Below, piece after piece: positions 56,688 to 64,000 of a stretch of DNA of 64,000 nucleotides. The position numbers and the translations under genes were made by a program. Position 1 is the stretch's first letter. Each line of letters starts with the position of its first letter. The DNA lies in NCBI GenBank assembly GCA_018817715.1, contig JAHITT010000006.1, positions 75,147 through 139,146 of the forward strand, given 5' to 3'. Under the pieces are notes generated by a model. It did not search any database. It worked only from the letters and a program-made list of their open reading frames with translations, and was not told the origin of the DNA. The stretch comes from Patescibacteria group bacterium. Lineage in GTDB: Bacteria > Patescibacteriota > Patescibacteriia > Veblenbacterales > UBA10138.

Positions 56688-59429
56688 TTATTCTTTATCA
56701 AACAATGTTGGCTTCTGTCCGTTTGTAAATTCTTCGGTTGCCAATTCCTTGTGGCGTAATTCGTCATATCCCTCAAAATCGCTCACGCTCGCAATTTTAA
56801 CTGCCTTGAACCCTCTTTTTTCCATTGCCTTGTCCACGAGGAAAAAAGTTTGAACGCCGCCCTCTTTTTCTAAAAGTTTTAGGGCTTTCTTGCGGTCATC
56901 AATTTGTTTCGCTTCGGCAAGATGCTTGCCTTTAACATCAACGACTATCCACTTGCCTTCGATAAACGCAAGAAAGTCCGGATAAAATGGTGCTGGCTTT
57001 ACTTCAACGGGATACTCAAAAGGATCATTTCTAACCCAAAAACTTTTCTTTTTCTTGTCCAATGAACAAAGATGCTCCAAAGCGTCAGCGACCCATTTTT
57101 CGGGCGGCGAATCAAACTTTACAAACGGACGAGCAGAAAATTTATATCCTTCAACAATAATACCTTTCTGCTGTAAGTGCGAGGACATGGGTTGATGAGA
57201 AGGAATCAAGTTGAGAGTAAGTCCGTCTCGTTTTCTAACAGTAATTTTGCCATCCACAAAAATATCTTTTACATTTTTCTTTCGGAATATAAATTGTCTC
57301 TTGAACATCAATTCAAATGCGCCTTGTCCGTAAAATTCAATAATACTCTTTTTTAGAGCTTTCAAGGCGCGTTTATAGTCCACCGCGTAGGCGGTATCAA
57401 CCTGTATTCCGGCACCAATAATGTTTTCTATCAGCTTCTTTGCAGTATCAAATGAGTTATTTCCGATAAATGAGCCAGTTTGTTCTATAAAATCTAACGC
57501 CCAGCGCGCAATTTCGTTTTTAGGCAAAGCTATTGTTCTGCGGGTAGTCGCTGGCTTGTCAGTCTGCATGGCGATTTCATCAGTTGTAATTTCCGCATAG
57601 TCAATCATTGCCAAAACTTCTGGCTTTAGAACTTTGTCACCCTTGGAAAGCCCGCACACCTCATCAACAAACGCTTTAACGCTTAACGATTGATCTTTTA
57701 GCGCGTCTTCAAAACTTTTACCGGTTGCAGTTGGTTTGATCTGCAAAATTGGAATTTCGTAGTCATCAATAATTTTTCTGTTTACTTTATTCTCGCGGTC
57801 TTCTTCCTCGGTTGGAATTTCAACATTTGCCGGCGACAATGCTAATTTTTGCCGAATTTCTTCTACGATTTGATCAAAGCGGCGGCCCCTCTCGCAAATA
57901 ACATGTAAAATTTCGCTCTGCTCTTTTAGTTCATCGCCCAAAATATCAAACTCCCGTTTTTCTTTGTAAAGTCGGAGACCACGCCCGATAAGTTGGGCCG
58001 CCGCGAGACCAACTTTCTCAACAGTATCGCCCAAAACAACGATTGTATAAAAATTGTCGTAATCAACGCCCTCGGTGAATATACGGACTTGGTTTACAAC
58101 TTCGGCATTATTGTCGTCGAGCGATTGATAATCTGTCCAGACCTCTTCCTCGCTTTTATTTTCGCTATGAATGGTGAAAACAGATTTTGCCACTCGCGAC
58201 AATTTTTTTACTAATTCTGATTTGTTTTTTGGTATATTCGTACGAACAATTTTAGCAATATCGGTTCCTTCACGATTTACTTGTTCCAACACATCATCAA
58301 GCTCGCCCGCAACCGAATCAGGCCAATTTTTGAGATAATCATCAATCGCGTCCGCGTGTTTTATAGTTCTTGCTTTGGTAAGCAACATCGCTTTTTTCAC
58401 TGGCGCGTTAGCGGCGGCAAGCGACTCGGTTTTTAGCAAATGAATCAACATGCCCCAAACCAATTTCTGCTTATCACTATCGGTCACTTCGTCTGAAATT
58501 TTCTCGTCGCTTGTTCCGCAACCAACCGCAAAAATCCTCTTGCCATATCCCTCTCCAATATATCTTTGCATTGGATACTTGTATAAGTTGTCTTGTCCAA
58601 AACTCTCGCTACCACCTTTTTCAAGTGATGTTGCGGTAAATTCCAGCACAGCGCTCGGCAAGAGCTCAAAAATTGCTTCTGCGGTTTTCTTTTGCTGGTA
58701 GTGGTGTGCTTCATCAGAAATAATGACTGGCCGCTTTTCGCGTAAAAATTCCACAAACGATATGGTGTGTTGCCCGCTTTTATCACGCCACAATGATTCT
58801 TCAAGCGGCCGGCGAACATATGGTGTCCCTTTCATTGTATCTTCACCGTCTTTTTTGTTCGATGAAGCCGCTTTATCGTAAAACTTCTGCATGTTGAAAA
58901 CATAGAAAGAAACGTCGCGATCATCTTCGTAATTGCAGGTTTTATCACGATAAGAATTTCCCGTAACCAAGTTGTAGGTTAAATTCCAACCGTCGCCAAA
59001 AATGCTTTTTACTGCGCGCGGCGTAAAGTTTTCTATCGTCTTATCAAACAAAATTGTGTTCGGAGTGAGAATAAGAAAATCTCTAAAACCTCGGTGGTAT
59101 AAGTCCAAAATCGCCGCGCCCATCAAAAGGGTTTTGCCGGAACCGGTCGCCATTTCAAAACCGACCTTATTCCACCCAACAATCTTATCGTCATCGTCTT
59201 TTCCTTGTTGAAGTGTTTTCTGCTTTAAGCTCCGGCTGTCAAACTTGTCTTTCCAAAAAAGTTGAAATGCGCTCAATGCTTCTATTTGATACGGGCGCAA
59301 GGCAAATTTAAGCAAATGCTGTATCTTTTCGTAATTCTCAATCGTTTTTGGCGACGGCGAACCGACGGCAATTTTGTATTGCTGGTCTTGGCTCACTAAA
59401 TCGTAAAATGTTTGCGGTTTTGTTCTCAT
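56688..59429 (-). CDS. res: Type III restriction enzyme, Res subunit (SF2 helicase plus C-terminal PD-(D/E)XK nuclease)
   Basis: LRPYQ, MATGSGKT, DEAHH, TAT and QLIGRGLR helicase motifs; C-terminal YPDFLAF...VVDVKGK; 4-nt ATGA overlap with the mod stop. Confidence 0.85.
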   Translation of the reverse strand: MRTKPQTFYDLVSQDQQYKIAVGSPSPKTIENYEKIQHLLKFALRPYQIEALSAFQLFWKDKFDSRSLKQKTLQQGKDDDDKIVGWNKVGFEMATGSGKTLLMGAAILDLYHRGFRDFLILTPNTILFDKTIENFTPRAVKSIFGDGWNLTYNLVTGNSYRDKTCNYEDDRDVSFYVFNMQKFYDKAASSNKKDGEDTMKGTPYVRRPLEESLWRDKSGQHTISFVEFLREKRPVIISDEAHHYQQKKTAEAIFELLPSAVLEFTATSLEKGGSESFGQDNLYKYPMQRYIGEGYGKRIFAVGCGTSDEKISDEVTDSDKQKLVWGMLIHLLKTESLAAANAPVKKAMLLTKARTIKHADAIDDYLKNWPDSVAGELDDVLEQVNREGTDIAKIVRTNIPKNKSELVKKLSRVAKSVFTIHSENKSEEEVWTDYQSLDDNNAEVVNQVRIFTEGVDYDNFYTIVVLGDTVEKVGLAAAQLIGRGLRLYKEKREFDILGDELKEQSEILHVICERGRRFDQIVEEIRQKLALSPANVEIPTEEEDRENKVNRKIIDDYEIPILQIKPTATGKSFEDALKDQSLSVKAFVDEVCGLSKGDKVLKPEVLAMIDYAEITTDEIAMQTDKPATTRRTIALPKNEIARWALDFIEQTGSFIGNNSFDTAKKLIENIIGAGIQVDTAYAVDYKRALKALKKSIIEFYGQGAFELMFKRQFIFRKKNVKDIFVDGKITVRKRDGLTLNLIPSHQPMSSHLQQKGIIVEGYKFSARPFVKFDSPPEKWVADALEHLCSLDKKKKSFWVRNDPFEYPVEVKPAPFYPDFLAFIEGKWIVVDVKGKHLAEAKQIDDRKKALKLLEKEGGVQTFFLVDKAMEKRGFKAVKIASVSDFEGYDELRHKELATEEFTNGQKPTLFDKE

Positions 59430-61149
59430 AGTAATTTATATTCTCTCAAAATTGCTGCCGGTATCTTTTTTACCATAACGCGATCGTCCAACGAATCTGG
59501 CGGCACGGAAACGGCGACATTGGTAAAAATTGTTAGGTGTTTGAATTTTTCTCTTTCCAATTCGGCAATAATTTTTTCATATAGATCAGCCGTTAGTGTT
59601 TTTACTTCTCTTGAAGCAAAAGAAATGGCGAAATGATAGCGTGCAGATTGGTGCTTGCCGAGATACATACCTTCCTTCTCCACCCACTTCGTCTCTATCG
59701 GTCTGTATTGGAAATGTAAAAATACTGCTTCGGCCATTTCTGCTGCTTTCAGCGACCAATTCATATCTTGTTCATGTATCACGCTCTCGCCTAGTTGGTA
59801 GTATTTGAACCCTCCGCCACCTTTCCAGTTCACATCCTTGCTTATCCCTGTTTGATCTTTCCCAGAGATGATTTTTTGTAGGCGTGGCATGATGAGTTCG
59901 TCAGCGTGACGTCCCATTTCTACCATAATCCAACGACGTTCCATTTTGTGCGCCACGGCTCCCGTGGTCCCAGAACCAGCAAAAGAGTCAAAAACCAAAT
60001 CATTTTTTCAGTCGAGATTGAGATAATACGCTGTATAAGTTTTTCAGGTTTTTTTGATTTGGGAAAGTCAACCCCTCCTTCGCCCGCAATTCCTTCCCAA
60101 GAAATATCGTCCCAAATATCTGTTATCGCCTCTACTGGCAATAGATTTCCATCCACTTCCTGTAATCTTTCTCTATAAAATAGGACTCTCTCGCCCCCAA
60201 TGAATAAATAGTCCATATCATCATTTGGATGTCTAACAATTTTATTCTTGAGTTTGCGCGACTTTTCAAGAGTCTTAATCCTCTTGAGACGAGCTCCACC
60301 AGTAACCGACGCCGTACGAAAGACTCTCTCGGCATTTTTAATTGCAAAAACTCCTCTTTCAGCATTAAATTCATCCTCTCTTAATTCTTTTTTTGCGTCC
60401 CTTGCATTTGAAAATCCAAGCTCTAGCGCCACAACTTCATCAATATTCTTCCATGACCATTTATCTTCTGGTTTTTTTATATCGTCAAAAACCCAACGAT
60501 ATGCTTGATCATATCCCTTTTCAATAAATGTCTTTTTGAATTTCAGTTGAGCAGAGTCTTTTGCGAAAATCAAAAGGTTATTTGCTGATTTGAAAAGCTG
60601 ATTTGAAGTGTGCTTAAAACCAAAAGGACTATTTGCTTTTATAGTCACAGTATTTAGATAATTCTGTCTGCCAAATGTCTCATCAAGCAAAACACGGCAA
60701 TACGCGACTTCTTTATCATCCAAATGTACGAAAAGAATCCCGTCCTTTCTCAAGAGTTTGCGTAGCAGAAACAACCTGTCGCGCATCATTGTTAGCCATT
60801 CAGAATGTTCAAGATTGTCGTCATAGTGTTTGAAGGCGTTCCCTGTATTAAATGGAGGGTCAATATAAATACATTTCACTTTTTCCTTATCCGGTCGGCC
60901 CTTAAACATCTCAACCAAACTTCGCAAAACTAACAAGTTATCGCCCTTGATAAGCATGTTATCGCCTGTCTTGTCGCCAAAGTCTTTGGCAAAGCGTAAA
61001 ATGCGCGGTTCGGCAACGCGAATATCATTTTTCGGCACCCAAACCGGCCGGACACCCTTGCCCTCCTTTTCGTCAATTTCGTAGTAAAGCGAAAGGTCTT
61101 TGTTTATCCAATCCAGCCGTAACGAGCCCTTGTAACTTCTTTTTTGCAT
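59426..61149 (-). pseudogene. mod: Type III DNA methyltransferase Mod (beta-class N6/N4), interrupted by a frameshift in an A6 run
   Basis: The 5' ORF carries motif IV IYIDPPFNTG; the 3' ORF carries motif I DSFAGSGTTG. The frames join if the run at 60003-60008 has 7 A, giving ..ISISTEKNDLVFDSFAGSG.. Confidence 0.8.
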
Positions 61150-61151
61150 AA

Positions 61152-61287
61152 TTACTTTATTAAATCATCTAAGGTAACACTAAGAGCCTTAGCGATTTTC
61201 CGCCAGAGGAGGACAGATTTTAACTATCTCAATAGTCGGATTAGGGGTGGCGCCGGCTTTGATTTTGGCCATAGTTAGCATATTCAT
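61152..61287 (-). pseudogene. decayed XRE-type HTH gene, possible R-M controller remnant
   Basis: A 32-codon ORF reads MNMLTMAKIKAGATPNPTIEIVKI... A second frame ends ...KIAKALSVTLDDLIK*, a typical XRE C-terminus. AAAATC is duplicated around a 16-nt insert. Confidence 0.35.
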
Positions 61288-61349
61288 ATAGCTTTACTAT
61301 ACCAAAAATTACCAAACAAGATAACTAAGCTAAAATCAGCCAAAACCAG

Positions 61350-61389
61350 CCTGTGGATAACATAGGCTAATTCGTACGAATTAGCCTAT
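61350..61389 (+). repeat. 40-bp repeat, right copy
   Basis: Identical to 55747-55786, in the same orientation. Confidence 0.95.
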
Positions 61390-61473
61390 GAGGAAAATTT
61401 AGGCCAAAATTCAAAAAATTATAAAATCCTATCAGATTGCTTCCTCCTTCGCTATCCTCCTTTATTAAAATTT

Positions 61474-61555
61474 CGGCAGGACTAGAAGCTACGGCGGACA
61501 AGTCGTCGCCGTGCTCCTCGCAATGACAAAGGAAATATCATCGCGCCCTTCGAAT
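61474..61555. repeat. GC-rich intergenic patch sharing the GTCATYSYGAR motif with the 52226 element
   Basis: The reverse complement of 61517-61527 is gtcattgcgag; the surrounding cggcggacaagtcgtcgccgtgctcc is far more GC-rich than the flanks. Confidence 0.35.
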
Positions 61556-61571
61556 CCATTAACTTATCCCA

Positions 61572-61598
61572 AACAAAAAAACAGACTAATGTCTGTCA
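61572..61598 (-). terminator. intrinsic terminator of tRNA-Gln
   Basis: On the - strand: acagac-atta-gtctgt followed by a T7 run. Confidence 0.7.
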
Positions 61599-61623
61599 TC
61601 TTATAAACCATTTATGTACAAAG

Positions 61624-61694
61624 CTGGGAGACATGGATTCGAACCATGATTACCAGGGCCAGAACCTGGCGTCCTACCATTAGACGATCTCCCA
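61624..61694 (-). tRNA. tRNA-Gln (anticodon CTG), CCA not encoded
   Basis: Acceptor tgggaga/tctccca; anticodon arm ccagg-TTCTGGC-cctgg; T arm catgg-ttcgaat-ccatg. Confidence 0.85.
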
Positions 61695-61731
61695 GCTTTA
61701 AACACAAATACCAAAAAAGCCAACGACCAAT

Positions 61732-61760
61732 ATTGTAATGTTTAACAATATAAAAATCAA
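61732..61760 (-). promoter_or_regulatory. sigma-70-like promoter for tRNA-Gln
   Basis: On the - strand: TTGATT, 17-nt spacer, TACAAT; about 30 nt upstream of the tRNA 5' end. Confidence 0.5.
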
Positions 61761-61765
61761 GACTC

Positions 61766-63328
61766 TTAGACTAACTCACCGCCAAAAGTGCTTAAAACAT
61801 TACTAAGCAAATCCCCGCTTTTTCCCTTAGTAACTTCTTCCATTTCAGTCTTAACCAAAATAGTTCCGCCGATAACCTGGCTTAAAACATCTTCTACCTG
61901 CTGTCTTATTTTTTTATCTCGCACTCTTTCCTGATGCAATTTATATTGAAAACTAATAGTTAATTCATTACCAACCAATTTAAACGGTTTGGCAATACTA
62001 AGAATAAAAGATAATGAATGATTAAGGTCCCGTAATTTATTTATTACCTCGGCCCAGTCTTGGTTTATTTTTTCCAAGGTTAATTCAGCTGAAAGTGTTT
62101 TGGCCCCTAATTTAGGCTGTTGTGGCTCGGCTGGTTCCACTACTGGCGCCAGAATAGGTTTAACCGCTTCTAGAGGCTGGTTAGTCTTAGCCGCTGGCGG
62201 ATTAATCTTGCTAGATGGCTTGGTAATACTTTCTTCGTTCTGGCAAATATTTATAACTGCCAATTCCAAAGGAATTTGAAAAGACTGCGATTGTTTTCTT
62301 AAATTATCCACTTCCAGCCAAATAACCATCATCCTTTGCAAAGCATTTTGGCTTATCTTTAAAGCCCACTGAGCCAGTTCTTTTTCTTGCTCCTCTTTTA
62401 GTTGCAAGGAAGAATAATCTGTTAAATTGCCACCTAATTTATAAAGAAGTAATTTACGCAATAATTCCAAAACCTGGCTATAAAAATAACCTAAATCTCC
62501 GCCAGCTAATAAAAAATCATTTAATTCAGCAATAGCCTGAGCTGACGAATTATTGACTAAATGACCAATAAAGCCCAAAGCAATAGCCGCGTCGGCCCTG
62601 GGTAAAACCAAACCGGCTTGAGCATAAGTAATAGTGGCTTCGTTTAAGCTTAACAGTTTACCTAAATAACTTTCGGCATCCCGCGTAGAACCATTGGCTA
62701 AATGAGCCACTTCGCGCAAAACATCCTCGGCTATATCCACCTTTTCGGCAGCGGCTAATTTTTTTAAACGAATCATCAGGTTAGCCACGGCTAAACGATG
62801 AAAATCAAACCTTTGGCAACGGGATAAAATTGTTTCGGGTAATTTATGCGGCTCGGTGGTGGCCAAAATAAAAATAACGTGGGCTGGCGGTTCTTCCAAA
62901 GTTTTTAACAAAGCATTAAAAGCTTCGTTAGTTAACATATGCACCTCGTCAATTATAACCACTTTATATTTAGACCGGGCCGGACCATAAGGCACCTTAT
63001 CTCTAACTTCCCGAATGTCGTCTATACGCCTGTTAGAAGCCGCGTCAATCTCGATTAAATCCAAAGAACGCCCCTTATTTATTTCCAAACAAGACTGACA
63101 CTTATTGCAGGGCTCGGCCAGATTATTTTTTCTGGTTTCACAATTAATCGATTTAGCTAAAAGTCTGGCCATAGTGGTTTTGCCAACTCCCCTGGTACCA
63201 CAAAATAAATAAGCATGGGTTAGCTTATTATTAATAATTTCCTGTTCAATAATAGTTTTTACATGATCCTGCCCAATAACTTCGGCAAAGGTGCTGGGAC
63301 GATATTTACGGTAAATTGTTTCAGTCAT
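61766..63328 (-). CDS. dnaX: DNA polymerase III subunit gamma/tau
   Basis: YRKYRP, GTRGVGKTT, Zn module C..C..C..C, DEVHML and SRCQRF. The ATG at 63328 is preferred over the TTG at 63367. Confidence 0.9.
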   Translation of the reverse strand: MTETIYRKYRPSTFAEVIGQDHVKTIIEQEIINNKLTHAYLFCGTRGVGKTTMARLLAKSINCETRKNNLAEPCNKCQSCLEINKGRSLDLIEIDAASNRRIDDIREVRDKVPYGPARSKYKVVIIDEVHMLTNEAFNALLKTLEEPPAHVIFILATTEPHKLPETILSRCQRFDFHRLAVANLMIRLKKLAAAEKVDIAEDVLREVAHLANGSTRDAESYLGKLLSLNEATITYAQAGLVLPRADAAIALGFIGHLVNNSSAQAIAELNDFLLAGGDLGYFYSQVLELLRKLLLYKLGGNLTDYSSLQLKEEQEKELAQWALKISQNALQRMMVIWLEVDNLRKQSQSFQIPLELAVINICQNEESITKPSSKINPPAAKTNQPLEAVKPILAPVVEPAEPQQPKLGAKTLSAELTLEKINQDWAEVINKLRDLNHSLSFILSIAKPFKLVGNELTISFQYKLHQERVRDKKIRQQVEDVLSQVIGGTILVKTEMEEVTKGKSGDLLSNVLSTFGGELV

Positions 63329-63452
63329 AGCAAAACTTATTGTAACGCGTAACTGCCGCTTAAGCAAACAATTAAAAAATTACCAAATAAAACACCCGCC
63401 TTTGTTTAAGTTTAACCAAGACGGGCGCTTAATTTACTAAAATAAGATAGGA

Positions 63453-64000
63453 TTAAATCTCTATTTTTTCCGCTTTCAGCTCGCCAACTTTAACCTTTAA
63501 ACCGTTTTTAACCGCTGTTTTAGTGGTTTTTTTAAGCGGGGCTTTAGAAGTTGTTTCTAAGGTGTCTGTTGAACTATTTTCCAAAATTGGCGCTTCTTGG
63601 CCAGCTTTAATAACATTTTCCACAGCCGCCCAAGTGGAAGTAGTATTCTTGGGCACCAGAATAACAATCTCATCGCCCAATTCACCTTTAAAATAAGTAA
63701 CACTGGCCAACAATAATTTATAATAACGACCCTGGCACAAAACTCTAAAATCTTCACTCTCTTCGTCTTTTACCAAAACACCCATTAATCTATCCCGATC
63801 CACCGGACCAATTTGTTTATAAATAAAAGAACCATTAGCGCTAATGGTTAACTTAAGCAAATCACCTTCAACTAATTTAGATTTAGAAGCATAGTTGGCT
63901 GGCACACTGTACATTTTTCCATCCGGACCGACCATATTTTGCCCGTCAAACACGCCTTCAATTATAACCGCACCCTGCTCGGTTCTTTGAATTCCGCCAC
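63453..64000 (-). CDS. hypothetical protein, 5'-partial (frame stays open to the window edge)
   Basis: The frame continues upstream of the listed GTG (..GGIQRTEQGAVIIEGVFDGQNMVGPDGK..); no motif recognised. Confidence 0.45.
   Translation of the reverse strand, partial: GGIQRTEQGAVIIEGVFDGQNMVGPDGKMYSVPANYASKSKLVEGDLLKLTISANGSFIYKQIGPVDRDRLMGVLVKDEESEDFRVLCQGRYYKLLLASVTYFKGELGDEIVILVPKNTTSTWAAVENVIKAGQEAPILENSSTDTLETTSKAPLKKTTKTAVKNGLKVKVGELKAEKIEI

Larger units (their letters stand above)
55747..61389. mobile_element. putative genomic islet bounded by 40-bp direct repeats, carrying an IMPase gene and a Type III R-M operon
   Basis: Perfect direct repeats at both ends; decayed HTH gene and frameshifted mod inside; tRNA-Gln 235 bp beyond the right repeat; no integrase inside. 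Confidence 0.4.

Noticed and set aside
58236-58250. attcgtacgaa inside res matches the 11-nt core of the palindrome.
   Set aside because: It is an isolated short match within a coding frame with no flanking similarity. Type III enzymes recognise short asymmetric sites, so a link to the palindrome is unfounded.
61536-61560. cgcgcccTTCGAATCCatt looks like a tRNA T-loop, so this could be a tRNA fragment or att-site duplication next to tRNA-Gln.
   Set aside because: There is no complementary T-stem or acceptor sequence around it and no extended identity to the 3' half of tRNA-Gln. TTCGAATCC alone is too short to support the idea.
61766-63328. I looked for the A AAA AAG programmed -1 frameshift site that yields the gamma subunit from dnaX.
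   Set aside because: No A-AAA-AAG heptamer or similar slippery run with a downstream hairpin was found on the coding strand.

Overview
AT-rich bacterial chromosomal window with about 70 short, tightly packed genes. Gene content (many NUDIX and HAD enzymes, a GIY-YIG nuclease, little biosynthesis) suggests a streamlined Patescibacteria/CPR-like genome; this is inference, with no search run. Positions 1-19.5 kb are + strand accessory and envelope genes: hydrolases, DnaQ-like exonuclease, Cas4-like nuclease, DsbA-like and CcdA-like thiol-redox proteins, MscS, beta-CASP RNase, cyclophilin, GT2 synthase. This stretch also holds tRNA-Asn. Positions 19.5-54 kb are mostly - strand core genes: capA-like, fmt, def, priA-like, gltX, M23 peptidase, a Xer-type recombinase, ftsQ-ddl-alr, serS, rdgB, lysS, greA, mrdA-mreDCB and proS. 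They are followed by an SDR/HAD/ALDH/acetolactate-synthase-like cluster. Positions 55.7-61.4 kb are the most unusual part. An inositol-monophosphatase gene and a Type III restriction-modification operon lie between two identical 40-bp direct repeats. The operon has an intact res, a mod broken by a frameshift in an A6 run, and a decayed HTH remnant upstream. Each repeat holds a perfect 28-bp palindrome with dif-like 11-6-11 geometry next to a TGTGGATAA motif. A third, inverted copy with a compensatory double substitution lies at 9.0 kb. An exact 13-nt half-site lies in the 400-bp non-coding region upstream of the Xer-like gene. This suggests, without proving, a Xer/dif-module-like cassette. Other leads: a promoter-to-terminator candidate structured sRNA at 47.4 kb, and an Asn/Asp-codon mini-ORF running into a terminator-like hairpin just upstream of tRNA-Asn. 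There is also a duplicated MazG-like protein with two CX2CX4CXC knuckles, a PriA homologue with degenerate ATPase motifs, and GC-rich miniature elements. No CRISPR array, rRNA or prophage was seen. All functional calls rest on motifs read from the translations; no database search was possible.
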